From a virus (Duplodnaviria; Heunggongvirae; Uroviricota; Caudoviricetes), in the IMG/VR virus record IMGVR_UViG_3300023184_000028, positions 54,551 to 118,550 of that record: a stretch of DNA of 64,000 bases. One strand, 5' to 3'. Below are positions 18,560-28,921 of the stretch, in pieces. The notes under the pieces were generated by a model. That model ran no database searches, was not told where the DNA came from, and was given only the letters and a program-made list of their open reading frames with translations. A program made the position numbers and the translations under genes. Every line of letters begins with the position of its first letter. Position 1 is the first letter of the stretch.

Positions 18560-18940
18560 ATGGAATTTTTTATTAAAAAAAATGCAACGTTACCTCTTCT
18601 TAAAATGCAAATCGTAAAAGACGGAAGAAGTGATTACCAAAATTTTATGGAGTTGATAGAAACTTCAACCATTGTTTTTTCTATGGTAAATACTGATACT
18701 GGTATTGCCAAAATAACGTCTAAAACTGCCGGATTTGTTTCCAAAACTTTTAATAGTCCTGACACTCCAACTGAATATTATATTTACTACCCATTCACAA
18801 AACGGGATACCAATACCGTTGGTAGATTTGAAGCACAATTCTTATTGAAGAACTCTCAGGGAGATTTAATTGTGCCTATTAGGGAACCTTTGTTTATTAA
18901 CATTCAAGATTCTTTTATTTCAGATGACCCATGTTGTTAA
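18560..18940 (+). CDS. Putative BppU-like baseplate/fibre attachment protein
   Basis: Small beta-rich protein (FFIKKNATLP...YPFTKRDT...GRFEAQF). TATTTATA lies at 18539. Confidence 0.45.
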   Translation: MEFFIKKNATLPLLKMQIVKDGRSDYQNFMELIETSTIVFSMVNTDTGIAKITSKTAGFVSKTFNSPDTPTEYYIYYPFTKRDTNTVGRFEAQFLLKNSQGDLIVPIREPLFINIQDSFISDDPCC

Positions 18941-18969
18941 TTGATTTCCAAAAATAATTATTTTATATT
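18941..18969 (+). promoter_or_regulatory. Sigma70-like promoter for the DNA polymerase gene
   Basis: TTGATT (18941-46), 17-nt spacer, TATATT (18964-69). Confidence 0.5.
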
Positions 18970-18980
18970 TATAGTAATAA

Positions 18981-19006
18981 GGTTAATCCAACAATTTGTT
19001 GGAGCC
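18981..19006 (+). promoter_or_regulatory. Palindrome/hairpin in the polymerase leader
   Basis: Perfect inverted repeat TCCAACAA-T-TTGTTGGA (18987-19003), extendable by GGT/GCC pairing. Confidence 0.5.
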
Positions 19007-19031
19007 AATGTACCACAAAAAACTATAAATT

Positions 19032-21803
19032 ATGATTTCCCAAGAAGAGATTAAGTCCTTTTTAGAAGGCAACGACCCCGAAGAGCACATTGTGTGCGTA
19101 GAGTTTGATTACGCGAAAGATTGCGTTTACAAGATTAAAGAAATTCCAGGACAACCTAAAACAATACAGAGAGACACGTTTATTGCGTTCTCATGGGTTG
19201 GAGATTTAAGAAACCTAAATTTTTACCAAGATTCTAAAGAACTACAGAAAGAGTCAATGACCAAATATGGTATTGTAATTGAAAAATTAGAAACTCAAGG
19301 TAATGATAGATTAGAGAAAGGACTTAAGTTTATGGTTAAGTCATTAAAGGGATATCGTTCACTTATACAATTTTTTAGAGATGGTGGATTAGACCCGTGG
19401 TCTGATAGAGCAAAAGATAAAATACTAATACTTCCTCCTGTAGAACAATATTTAATTTCAAAAGAAAAAAGATTATTCAAAGGTTATGAAGAATACAATG
19501 ATGTTACCCGACTTGTATTTGACTTGGAGACGACCTCATTAGAACCTAAGGATGGTCGTATATTCATGATTGGAATCAAGACAAACAAAGGATACAAGAA
19601 GGTGATAGAATGTTCTGACGCTGAACAGGAACGTCAAGGATTGATAGAATTCTTTAATATAATAGATGACATCAAACCAAGTATTATTGGTGGTTATAAC
19701 TCCGCAAACTTTGATTGGTTTTGGATATTTGAAAGATGTAAGGCACTTAATTTAGACATTAAAAAGATTTGTAGAACATTAAATCCTGGTAAAAATATTT
19801 CCCAATCTGAGAGTATGTTAAAACTTGCTAATGAGGTTGAGAAGTATAATCAGGTATCAATGTGGGGTTATAATATAATAGACATTATTCACGCCACAAG
19901 AAGGGCTCAAGCCATTAACTCAGGTATTAAGTCTGCTGGCTTGAAATATATAACAAAGTATATTGATGCTGAAGCTCCTGACCGTGTGTATATTGAACAT
20001 ACAGATATTGGTTCTATGTATGCCAAGAAAGAAGAGTATTGGTTAAATACTCAGAATGGTAAATATAAAAAGGCCGATAAACCTGAGTTTGATGATTTGG
20101 ATAAAAGATTTCCCGATGTTTATATTAAAGTAACTGGCGACAATATTGTGGAGAGATATCTTGATGATGATTTGGAGGAGACGTTATTGGTTGATGATGA
20201 GTTTAATCAGGGTTCGTTCTTGTTGGCGGCTATGATTCCGACAACCTATGAAAGGGTATCTACTATGGGTACCGCAACATTATGGAAAATGTTAATGTTA
20301 GCATGGTCATATAAGTTTAAGTTAGCAATACCTCAAAAACAACAAAAAACAGAATTTGTAGGTGGATTGTCAAGATTGTTAAGAGTAGGTTATTCAAGAA
20401 ATGTACTTAAGCTTGATTTTAGTTCACTATATCCATCAATACAACTTGTTCATGATGTATTCCCTGAGTGTGACGTTACGGGTGGTATGAAAGCTATGCT
20501 TAAGTATTTCCGTGATACTCGTATTCTATATAAGAACTTGGCAGGACAGTTTGAGAAAGAAGACCCCAAGAAGTCATTGTCTTACGATAGAAAACAATTA
20601 CCGATTAAGATATTCATTAATAGTATGTTCGGAGCATTATCTGCCCCACAAGTATTCGCATGGGGAGATATGTACATGGGAGAACAAATTACCTGTACGG
20701 GTAGACAATATCTTCGTATGATGATTAAGTTCTTCATGAAACGTGGATATACCCCTCTGGTGATGGACACGGATGGTGTGAACTTCTCCAAACCTGATGA
20801 TTGGGAGAATAGACGGTATATTGGGAAAGGTAATAATTGGAAGGTTAAAGAGGGTAAAGAATATAAGGGTGACGATGCGGATGTTGCCGAGTTTAATGAT
20901 TTATTTATGAAAGGTGAGATGGCGTTAGATACTGATGGAACTTGGCCTTCTTGTATTAATTTAGCACGTAAGAACTATGCGGTTATGGACGCTAAGGGTA
21001 AGGTTAAACTCACAGGTAATACCATTAAGTCCAAAAAACTTCCTTTATATATTGAGGATTTCTTGGATAAAGGAGTTAAGATGTTATTGGAGGGTAAGGG
21101 TCAGGAATTTGTTAATTGGTATTACGATTATCTTCAGATTATATTTGATAAACAAATTCCACTAATGAAGATTGCTCAAAGAGCCAAAGTTAAATTATCT
21201 ATGGATGATTATATGAAGAGAACAACTCAAAAAACTAAGTCGGGTGGAGCTATGAGTAGAATGGCTCATATGGAATTGGCAATACAAAATAAGTTAAATG
21301 TAAATTTAGGTGATGTAATATACTATGTTAATAACGGTTCAAAAGCTTCTCATGGTGATGTCCAAAAAATATCAAAACCAACTAAGGCTCAAAATGAAGA
21401 ACACACTAAAAAATATGGTAAACCAATGCCGGTGGATTATATTCAGATTAATAGTTACATGTTAGATGCTAAAGAGTTGGAGAATAACCCTGAAATGACG
21501 GGTGAGTATAATGTCCCAAGAGCAATTGCAACGTTTAATAAGAGAATTGAACCATTATTAGTCGTATTCAAAAAAGAAATTAGAGATGGTTTATTGGTTG
21601 AGGACCCTAAAGATATGGGATTATTTACCAAAGAACAATGTGAACTAATTAATGGTATTCCGTTTGAAGAAGGTGACCAAGATAGTTTGGAAGAAGTATT
21701 AACTGTATCTGAACCTGAAGTTAAGTATTGGGAGAAAAGAGGATTAAGTTGTGACTATATGTATGAGTTGGCGGAAAAAGGATGGGAAGAATATATTAAT
21801 TAA
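19032..21803 (+). CDS. polB: Family B DNA polymerase with 3'-5' exonuclease
   Basis: Exonuclease motifs FDLET, GYNSANFD and YLDDD. Polymerase motifs DFSSLYPS, KIFINSMFG and DTDG. Confidence 0.97.
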   Translation: MISQEEIKSFLEGNDPEEHIVCVEFDYAKDCVYKIKEIPGQPKTIQRDTFIAFSWVGDLRNLNFYQDSKELQKESMTKYGIVIEKLETQGNDRLEKGLKFMVKSLKGYRSLIQFFRDGGLDPWSDRAKDKILILPPVEQYLISKEKRLFKGYEEYNDVTRLVFDLETTSLEPKDGRIFMIGIKTNKGYKKVIECSDAEQERQGLIEFFNIIDDIKPSIIGGYNSANFDWFWIFERCKALNLDIKKICRTLNPGKNISQSESMLKLANEVEKYNQVSMWGYNIIDIIHATRRAQAINSGIKSAGLKYITKYIDAEAPDRVYIEHTDIGSMYAKKEEYWLNTQNGKYKKADKPEFDDLDKRFPDVYIKVTGDNIVERYLDDDLEETLLVDDEFNQGSFLLAAMIPTTYERVSTMGTATLWKMLMLAWSYKFKLAIPQKQQKTEFVGGLSRLLRVGYSRNVLKLDFSSLYPSIQLVHDVFPECDVTGGMKAMLKYFRDTRILYKNLAGQFEKEDPKKSLSYDRKQLPIKIFINSMFGALSAPQVFAWGDMYMGEQITCTGRQYLRMMIKFFMKRGYTPLVMDTDGVNFSKPDDWENRRYIGKGNNWKVKEGKEYKGDDADVAEFNDLFMKGEMALDTDGTWPSCINLARKNYAVMDAKGKVKLTGNTIKSKKLPLYIEDFLDKGVKMLLEGKGQEFVNWYYDYLQIIFDKQIPLMKIAQRAKVKLSMDDYMKRTTQKTKSGGAMSRMAHMELAIQNKLNVNLGDVIYYVNNGSKASHGDVQKISKPTKAQNEEHTKKYGKPMPVDYIQINSYMLDAKELENNPEMTGEYNVPRAIATFNKRIEPLLVVFKKEIRDGLLVEDPKDMGLFTKEQCELINGIPFEEGDQDSLEEVLTVSEPEVKYWEKRGLSCDYMYELAEKGWEEYIN

Positions 21804-22135
21804 GACATTTTTAATCCGTCCGAACTTAATACATACCATCCACCGGCACAATAAGCAAACTCAACACAAGCCCCTTTATCAATGAGTATTTCATCAAACT
21901 CATCATCAATTTTACCCATTAAAGGTATTATTAATACTTTTGTAAGCGCTTTTATTGTTACGTGGTCAGTTGTTGTGTGGTCTAATCTAATAGTACAACT
22001 ATCCACTTGTTTAATAATTACAATTCCTTCTCCTCTTGTGGTGAATTGATTATCAGAAACAATTACCATTTCTGATGATATTACTATTTTTCCATTTATT
22101 ACTCTTTCCGATGGGGTATTTCTAATTATTGACAT
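21800..22135 (-). CDS. Hypothetical protein
   Basis: 111-aa ORF in the minus-strand block. Its stop overlaps the polB stop (TTAA). Confidence 0.7.
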   Translation of the reverse strand: MSIIRNTPSERVINGKIVISSEMVIVSDNQFTTRGEGIVIIKQVDSCTIRLDHTTTDHVTIKALTKVLIIPLMGKIDDEFDEILIDKGACVEFAYCAGGWYVLSSDGLKMS

Positions 22136-22138
22136 AAA

Positions 22139-23251
22139 TTATATTACATATATTTGACGAGGGAACGCTCTGAATTTCATCGCCTTATTTAAGTTCTCAG
22201 CGGTTAATGCATCCCTTTCCATCATTTTTTCAGGTCTCAATCTTTCCAAACGCAACATTAATTCCTCTCTGAGTTTATCTCTTTCGTCTTTACCTTCGGT
22301 CAATAAACTTGTATAATCCATAGTTAATTCACTATCAGGGGTTTTAAGATTACCACTATATTTTCCTCTAACTCTACCTAAAGTTTCTTTACAAAGTCCA
22401 ATAAACCATCTTCTAACCCACTGTTGTGATGGATTATTTAGGTCATCCCAATTAATTTCATCAATCGGAACGTCAGAAGGTAATTTAACGATATCAGGGT
22501 TTTTCTTTAGACAATCATCTCTGTCGCCACCTTCAACATCATAATACCAATACCAAACTTTTCCGTTGTGGTATGAGGCATTACCAAAGTCAAATTTACC
22601 GCCAGGTACGTTCATTAAATGAATCATTTTTTTACCGTCAGGTAAAGCTGTAATTCTGTAAGTTAATTCAGAACCCAACATTCTTCTCTGAATATTTGTT
22701 TCTTGCATTCTTAACAACATATCAAATGCCGGCATCATGGTATAAGAACCTGAATACCCTAACTGAGCGAACCCACCAGTACCTCCAAGTCCAGGTCCTC
22801 CCATTGCTCCGAAAGCCCAAGGGTCAAACAAGACATTGTTCATAGTTGGTGGTGTTAACCATAATAATTCATTGATTTCTCTACCTGCCGGAATTTCGTA
22901 TAATTGTTGTCCTTTTTGTAGAGTAATATAGTCTTTCTTTAATACCCAATCACCACCAGCTTGTAATCCAACTATTTTAGAGTATGCGTAAGAATATCTT
23001 GTTTCATAATCTAAACTTCTAGTTACGAACGCATGTGCTAAAGATTGTTCATCTAAATTCAGGTTTTGTAATGAACCCCATTGAGATTCAATCAACCAAT
23101 CTTGTATATATTGAGAATAGTCACCAATCGCCAATTCCAATAAAGAATCTAACATCTCATCTTCAAGTTCAACACTTCTTAATGGTGCTCCGAGTAAATG
23201 TTTTACTCTTTTATATAATTTACTTCTATTTGGTTCGGATATTATAGTCAT
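22139..23251 (-). CDS. Neck/head-completion protein (T4 gp13-like)
   Basis: LGAPLRSVELEDEMLDSLLELAI N-terminus, C-terminal GRVRGKY...EGKDERDKLREEL, and size. It lies near gp14- and gp15-like genes. Confidence 0.65.
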   Translation of the reverse strand: MTIISEPNRSKLYKRVKHLLGAPLRSVELEDEMLDSLLELAIGDYSQYIQDWLIESQWGSLQNLNLDEQSLAHAFVTRSLDYETRYSYAYSKIVGLQAGGDWVLKKDYITLQKGQQLYEIPAGREINELLWLTPPTMNNVLFDPWAFGAMGGPGLGGTGGFAQLGYSGSYTMMPAFDMLLRMQETNIQRRMLGSELTYRITALPDGKKMIHLMNVPGGKFDFGNASYHNGKVWYWYYDVEGGDRDDCLKKNPDIVKLPSDVPIDEINWDDLNNPSQQWVRRWFIGLCKETLGRVRGKYSGNLKTPDSELTMDYTSLLTEGKDERDKLREELMLRLERLRPEKMMERDALTAENLNKAMKFRAFPRQIYVI

Positions 23252-23260
23252 AGAATTTCT

Positions 23261-24904
23261 TTATGATAAATATTCAGAACAATCAATAAATTTTAATTCA
23301 TTGCTCCCTTTTAGTGTTGCCACTTCATTAGTCAACGGTATTGTAAATTCATTACCTCTTGTTGATATATTAGTGGTCTTAAAAATCTTAACAACTCTTC
23401 TTGATGGATTAACAAATGTTAAAAAATCTACTTTACTGTAGTTTTTTGCACCTGATGAACCACCAATTACAACATAATCACCATCAACAACTTCCGTCTT
23501 AAATGGTTTTATTTGTGAGGTTGATTTAACGTCATCCTTTGTAATATTAGCATCAATACCTTTATTCATATCTGATGCCAATCCTGCACCTGCAATTATT
23601 TCACAAGAACCCTCACCCCAATTTTCGTTAATTATTTTTTTGGCCGCATCCTCATTTCTTTTTCCAATACAATCAGTTTTCTTCAATATTTTTTCAACCG
23701 TCTTAAAGGTGTTAGATGACTCTCTATCAAATAGAGGTTTTTTGATTGCCTCCATAACACTAAAAAATCTTTCTAATTCTGAAATATTTTTAGCAGGGTC
23801 ATCACCGTACTGAATAGGTTCCATATTTTGTTTCTTCAAATATCTATTAATATCTCTATGTATAACACAAAACGCACTGTAAGATGATGTTAAGTTATTC
23901 AATAATGACCTCTGATTTTCAGCACTGTATAAACCAGGAAGGTGTCCAATAGGTAATCTATCACCTTCTTTCCAATTTGCAGGATATAATGTTTTTAATA
24001 TATTATTCCATCCTCTTACATAGGACGACTTAAATTCTTGATATAATTTAGATTTTTTAATATTTTCACTATGTGGAAACAATAAATCTCTAAATATTTT
24101 TTCTTCTCCCGGCAAACATTTTTCAGATTGTCCTGTCGCTTCTAACAAAATTTCATTGGTTTCTAGTTTTAGTAGTGTCATAACTGTTTCTTCGTTTATT
24201 TTGGTTTCTAATTTCATTTTGTAAAGTTTCTCAACAAATTCCCAATTTACTGCTTCCCAGAATTGTTTGATATAATCATCTCTCCTATTTCTATATTTCA
24301 GATAATAAGCATGTTCCCATAAATCTAATCCAAGAATTGGATAACCACCGTCTTTAACATCATCCATTAATGGGTTATCTTGGTTTGGTGTTGACATTAT
24401 TTTTAATTTGTTACTTTTCGTAACTACCAACCAAACCCAACCTGAACCAAATCTTTCTTTAGCAATTGTCTCAAATTCTTTCTTGAATTTGTTAAAGGTA
24501 TTAAAATCTTTGTTAATCCTTTGTGAAACTAATTCTTTTGGTTTTTGTGGGGTAGGGGACAACATCTTCCAAAACAATGCGTGATTGTAAGCACCCCCTG
24601 CGTTATTTCTAATGGTATCATCATATTTGCTAATCGTTTTAACAATTTGTTCCAAATCTAAATCACCATATTTTTCTTTATCTAATGCAAGATTTAATTT
24701 TTCAACATATCCTTTATAGTGTTTGTTGTAGTGAAAGTCCATAGTTTCGGGGTCAATAAATTTCTTTAATGCCGTTTTAGCGTATGGTAATTTCTCAATA
24801 CCTATTTTTTTCATTTCAGTTATGAAAAATTTTTCACTAAAATCTTTTTCTTTTTTAACAATTTCTTCTTCCAATTGCTCTATTCTATTAACTAAGTTTT
24901 TCAT
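23261..24904 (-). CDS. sod: Fe/Mn superoxide dismutase domain fused to a ~300-aa C-terminal domain
   Basis: LPYAKTAL...HYNKH...NNAGGAYNHALFW...FGSGWVWL...NQDNP...DLWEHAYY, with all four metal ligands present. Confidence 0.9.
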   Translation of the reverse strand: MKNLVNRIEQLEEEIVKKEKDFSEKFFITEMKKIGIEKLPYAKTALKKFIDPETMDFHYNKHYKGYVEKLNLALDKEKYGDLDLEQIVKTISKYDDTIRNNAGGAYNHALFWKMLSPTPQKPKELVSQRINKDFNTFNKFKKEFETIAKERFGSGWVWLVVTKSNKLKIMSTPNQDNPLMDDVKDGGYPILGLDLWEHAYYLKYRNRRDDYIKQFWEAVNWEFVEKLYKMKLETKINEETVMTLLKLETNEILLEATGQSEKCLPGEEKIFRDLLFPHSENIKKSKLYQEFKSSYVRGWNNILKTLYPANWKEGDRLPIGHLPGLYSAENQRSLLNNLTSSYSAFCVIHRDINRYLKKQNMEPIQYGDDPAKNISELERFFSVMEAIKKPLFDRESSNTFKTVEKILKKTDCIGKRNEDAAKKIINENWGEGSCEIIAGAGLASDMNKGIDANITKDDVKSTSQIKPFKTEVVDGDYVVIGGSSGAKNYSKVDFLTFVNPSRRVVKIFKTTNISTRGNEFTIPLTNEVATLKGSNELKFIDCSEYLS

Positions 24905-24915
24905 AACTATAAATA

Positions 24916-26676
24916 TTAAGATTTGTTGTTTATTAATCTCATTATCTCCTCAACAACATCAACCTTATCTATGTTATCACCCATCACTGTTTCAAAAATA
25001 TTTTTCTTTTTGGATAGGATATCATAGATAACACCCGCAATTGTATTCTCAAAGATAGGATAATAAACTGAAACATTTGATTTTTGTCCGTATCTATACG
25101 CTCTATCTTCCCCCTGACTATGGTCTGAAGGTACAAATGATAGGTCGTTCATGATAACTGCCTCACCCGCAGTTAATGTTAAACCAACACCGGCAGCTTT
25201 AAGATTACCAACAAATACTTTTATTTTATCATTTGTTTGAAACTCATCCACAGCGTTTTGTCTTTTAGCGGGAGAACAACTACCATCAACATAGACAGCC
25301 TTTTTTCCAAAATGTTCCACCAATTTTTGTAGGGAGGCAGTAAAGTTAGTAAATATGATAACTTTTTTTCCTTGTTCCACGATATTCTCGGCAAGTTCTA
25401 TTGTTGATTCTATTTTTTCATCGGCAATTATCTGTCTAACTTTTGTAAGTTTGGTAAATTGTAATGTCATGGATGAAGATTCTTCAGCCTTTGTTTTATA
25501 CCAATCATAATATTCACCCATTAGTTCCTCATACAATCTTGACCTTAATCTCAAATAAACGGGTGTAATAATCTTATCAGGTAAATCCAACACGTCTTCT
25601 TTTAATCTTCTTAACACTTGTTTGGATGTTCTATCTCTAAGTTCTTCAAGGTTGGATGCACCATTCGTATTCCATATTTTTCTATTACCACCAACTCTAA
25701 ATTGATATCCCTCACAATATCTAATAACGTAAGCCATCCAATTTCCTGCAACAGGATTCTCAATTAGACTCAATAAATTATAATAATTGATTGGCCTTGA
25801 TGTCATCGGAGTACCCGTTAATAACCATAACTTATCAACACTTTTGGCAAAACTATTAATTAATTTGGTTCTTTGTGCTTGAACATTCTGAAGATAATGT
25901 GCCTCATCTATTACTATTAAATCAAAATTACATTGATAAATTGGACTATTCTCTTTGTCTTTTATATCATAAAAATTCTTAATAATATCGTAATTGGTAA
26001 TAACAAAATCGTGTTCGGTTGAGAAATTTTTACTTTCACAGATAAACACACTCCTATCACTATAGTTAGCAATCTCTCTTTGCCAGTTTATCTTAAGGGA
26101 TGCGGGACAAATAATGAGAATCTTTTTAGCCCCTGTTTCTAACGCCGCGATAATCGTTGCAGTCGTCTTTCCCAATCCCATATCATCAGCAAGAATAAAT
26201 CTTTTACTACCAACCAATTTCTCAATAGCTTCTTTCTGATGTGATAATGGGGGACGATGGTCATACTTGGTATAATCAATCTCAACTTGTTCTACTTTAT
26301 GTGATTTAATTATTGCATTCTTCGGTAACCAAAAATCATGGTTTGTTTCCCCACTAAATATTTTACCCCAAATATGATATGATTTATCCTTCTCAACCAA
26401 TAATTTTTCAACCCAAATTTGTTCGGGGACTATGGTATATAATTTTTCATCCGCAATCTTTTGAGCAAAGTATGGGTCTAAATCAACCCACTTCTTGGCA
26501 ACTTTAGGTTGATTATTATGGAAATTAATAATGTAATCCGATTGTGCTCGGGTAGGATAAAATTTTTTATTAACTTGAGCTTGATGTTTTAATTTGAGAA
26601 TATAGTTATTCGCACCCTCATATGAGTCCAATATTTTTAATGCCGTTCTTTCTATTAAGTGAGTAGTATTTTCCAA
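24916..26676 (-). CDS. SNF2-family helicase (HARP/SMARCAL1-like)
   Basis: LADDMGLGKT, DEAH, LLTGTP, GVGLTL and QGEDRAYRYGQ motifs. TTG start. Confidence 0.92.
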   Translation of the reverse strand: MENTTHLIERTALKILDSYEGANNYILKLKHQAQVNKKFYPTRAQSDYIINFHNNQPKVAKKWVDLDPYFAQKIADEKLYTIVPEQIWVEKLLVEKDKSYHIWGKIFSGETNHDFWLPKNAIIKSHKVEQVEIDYTKYDHRPPLSHQKEAIEKLVGSKRFILADDMGLGKTTATIIAALETGAKKILIICPASLKINWQREIANYSDRSVFICESKNFSTEHDFVITNYDIIKNFYDIKDKENSPIYQCNFDLIVIDEAHYLQNVQAQRTKLINSFAKSVDKLWLLTGTPMTSRPINYYNLLSLIENPVAGNWMAYVIRYCEGYQFRVGGNRKIWNTNGASNLEELRDRTSKQVLRRLKEDVLDLPDKIITPVYLRLRSRLYEELMGEYYDWYKTKAEESSSMTLQFTKLTKVRQIIADEKIESTIELAENIVEQGKKVIIFTNFTASLQKLVEHFGKKAVYVDGSCSPAKRQNAVDEFQTNDKIKVFVGNLKAAGVGLTLTAGEAVIMNDLSFVPSDHSQGEDRAYRYGQKSNVSVYYPIFENTIAGVIYDILSKKKNIFETVMGDNIDKVDVVEEIMRLINNKS

Positions 26677-26707
26677 AAATACGTTATTTATATAATAATA
26701 ACAAAAT

Positions 26708-26721
26708 TATAAATATTTATC
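26708..26721. promoter_or_regulatory. Palindromic back-to-back TATTTAT motif between divergent genes
   Basis: ATAAATATTTAT (26709-26720) is a perfect palindrome and gives TATTTAT on both strands. Confidence 0.55.
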
Positions 26722-26724
26722 AAT

Positions 26725-27240
26725 ATGTCAAACAGTAAAGTTCCAATTACAAGGTTAGGTAAGTTCTTCGGGGCCGAGGATTATTCATTGGATGTTAATA
26801 TGGGTGAGGAGTGGTTACATGGAGATATGAACTTCACATTGGTTCTATATCGTGTGGATAGATACAAAACCAAAACAGATGATGTTTATGGTGAGGTATT
26901 ATCTGACGGTATAAAATATTTACCTCCTGTAGAGTTTAAGGGATTAGTACAAATTGTTGCACCTGAAAATAAATTTATGGGTAATTCAAAGATAGAACAG
27001 TTTGAGCCTGGAAATATTAAAGTTTCTGTTTATCAAAAGCATTTGGATGAACTTGAAGTGGATATCTCATATGGTGATTATTTAGGATATTATGAAACCG
27101 AAACAAGAGTTAGATATTATGTTGTTGCAAATGATGGTAGGGTTGTTTCGGATAATAAACACACGTACGCAGGCTACAAACCTTTTTATAGAACAATTAT
27201 TGCGGCACCTGTAAGTCAAAACGAATTTAGAGGATTATGA
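26725..27240 (+). CDS. Neck/head-closure protein (T4 gp14-like)
   Basis: LYRVDRYKTKTDDVYGE...YLPPVEF...GDYLGY pattern and position. Confidence 0.6.
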   Translation: MSNSKVPITRLGKFFGAEDYSLDVNMGEEWLHGDMNFTLVLYRVDRYKTKTDDVYGEVLSDGIKYLPPVEFKGLVQIVAPENKFMGNSKIEQFEPGNIKVSVYQKHLDELEVDISYGDYLGYYETETRVRYYVVANDGRVVSDNKHTYAGYKPFYRTIIAAPVSQNEFRGL

Positions 27241-27878
27241 GAATATTGGTAACAGAAAGACAATTGAAAATACTTGAGCAAAACAAAACTCCTCAAGAAC
27301 AACTTGATGATTTTAATAATCAAGAGGATAAGATTAAATCATCTTTTATACCAAAGAAGATTGTTAAAAAATGGTTAACATATCTTGAAACCAAATATCC
27401 TTCATTGTCTTTTAGATTTGAGTATGGAAATGATGTATTAATCGCCAAAGGTAAAATAAAAAATATTACGGAATCAGATAATATGGATAGTCCTTTAGGT
27501 AAAAGAGTGAAGGTTTATTATAATCTACATAAACAAACTTTTTCCGTAACATATAACAATTTGGTTATTTTTCATGCTGATTATGTTAAATTAAGTGATG
27601 TTGAGTTTAGAGTTAGACCCGGAGGAAAAGAAAAAGTTAGAAAAGAAAAATCTAAAAACGTTCACGCCTTCGTTATTGGTAATTTGGTAGATTATTGTGA
27701 GTTTCCTTGTGATAATCTACCTGAAGATTCGTTGGGTAATGTAGTAACGTATAATCCTTACAAATATGATAGTTTTGTTTATAAGGATACCGAAGAACCT
27801 GTTTATCATGCAAAAGAAGTTGATATGATAAATCTTAAAAATAAATTATTCGTAATAAACGAAATAACTCAAAGATAA
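27237..27878 (+). CDS. Conserved-looking phage hypothetical protein
   Basis: VKVYYNLHKQTFSV...EKSKNVHAFVIG segment and an N-terminal ILVTERQLKILEQ leader. Confidence 0.65.
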   Translation: MRILVTERQLKILEQNKTPQEQLDDFNNQEDKIKSSFIPKKIVKKWLTYLETKYPSLSFRFEYGNDVLIAKGKIKNITESDNMDSPLGKRVKVYYNLHKQTFSVTYNNLVIFHADYVKLSDVEFRVRPGGKEKVRKEKSKNVHAFVIGNLVDYCEFPCDNLPEDSLGNVVTYNPYKYDSFVYKDTEEPVYHAKEVDMINLKNKLFVINEITQR

Positions 27879-28921
27879 TGGGATTTCCAAAAAAAATAAA
27901 AAAAGACATTAACTTATATCCTGAAAAAACATTATACCCAAGAAGGGTGGAATTGTTAGATAAGATTAATGAACACGGAACTTATTTACCAAAATCAATT
28001 CTACACGCAGATTTAGATAGAGGGTTTTTAGATTTTGTTAGAGATGACCTAAAGGTTGTTGTTGATGGTAAGATAATACCTGTTATTGATATTTTGGTGA
28101 CTCTACAGAATTGGGCTCAATTTACTGAAACATGGAAATTCCAAGATTTAGATAAAAACGCAACACCACCATTCATAAGTGTTGTTAGAGTACCTGAAAT
28201 AAAATACGGTACCCACCCGTCATTAATTTATACAATACCAAATAGAAGACATTATTATTACGCATCAGTTCCAAGTTTTGACGGTAATAAAATGAATGTT
28301 GACGTATATAAGATTCCTCAACCAGTTCCCGTAGATATAACATACAATGTTAAAATTGTATGTAGTAGAATGAGAGAATTAAATATGCTAAATAAAAACA
28401 TACTACAAAAATTTTCATCAAGACAAGCATACACTCAAATAAAAGGACATTATATACCAATTATTTGGAATAATATAACAGATGATGCATCAGTAACTGA
28501 AATAGAAAAAAGAAAATATTATATACAAAGTTATGAATTTACTTTGGTAGGATTTTTAATTGATGAAGATGAATTTGAAGTGTCTCCAGGCGTACAGAGA
28601 ACTTTACAATTATTTGAAACAACGGCCACGGAAAAAAGAAAAGGAAAATCCCAAAGGATTGATAACACATCAAGTTATCCCGTTATTTACGAATTTGTTG
28701 ATGAAAATACCGAAACACAAAAAAAATTTTATGATAGAGTTAATTTAAAAATTATAACTCTAAATAATACACAAACTTTTGAAGTTTATATAAATGGGGA
28801 TTACTACGGCATTAACTTAAATGAAGTTTCCGTTAATCCAGGAGATAACGTTAATTTTATAATAACTAAAGAGTTTACTGATTTAACATCACAAATTGAC
28901 TGTGTTGCTATCATAGTTTAA
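27878..28921 (+). CDS. Tail terminator/sheath stabiliser (T4 gp15-like)
   Basis: PPFISVVR...PVPVDITYNVKI...IKGHYIPI pattern. Located between the gp14-like gene and the sheath. Confidence 0.6.
   Translation: MGFPKKIKKDINLYPEKTLYPRRVELLDKINEHGTYLPKSILHADLDRGFLDFVRDDLKVVVDGKIIPVIDILVTLQNWAQFTETWKFQDLDKNATPPFISVVRVPEIKYGTHPSLIYTIPNRRHYYYASVPSFDGNKMNVDVYKIPQPVPVDITYNVKIVCSRMRELNMLNKNILQKFSSRQAYTQIKGHYIPIIWNNITDDASVTEIEKRKYYIQSYEFTLVGFLIDEDEFEVSPGVQRTLQLFETTATEKRKGKSQRIDNTSSYPVIYEFVDENTETQKKFYDRVNLKIITLNNTQTFEVYINGDYYGINLNEVSVNPGDNVNFIITKEFTDLTSQIDCVAIIV

Noticed and set aside
21800-26676. Invertible segment (four minus-strand genes)
   Set aside because: I saw no flanking inverted repeats or recombinase, and the genes have their own promoter motifs, so it looks like stable architecture.
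21800-28921. TTAA at both convergent junctions (21800-21803 and 28918-28921) as transposon target sites
   Set aside because: These are simply overlapping TAA stops of convergent genes, expected in a compact AT-rich genome.
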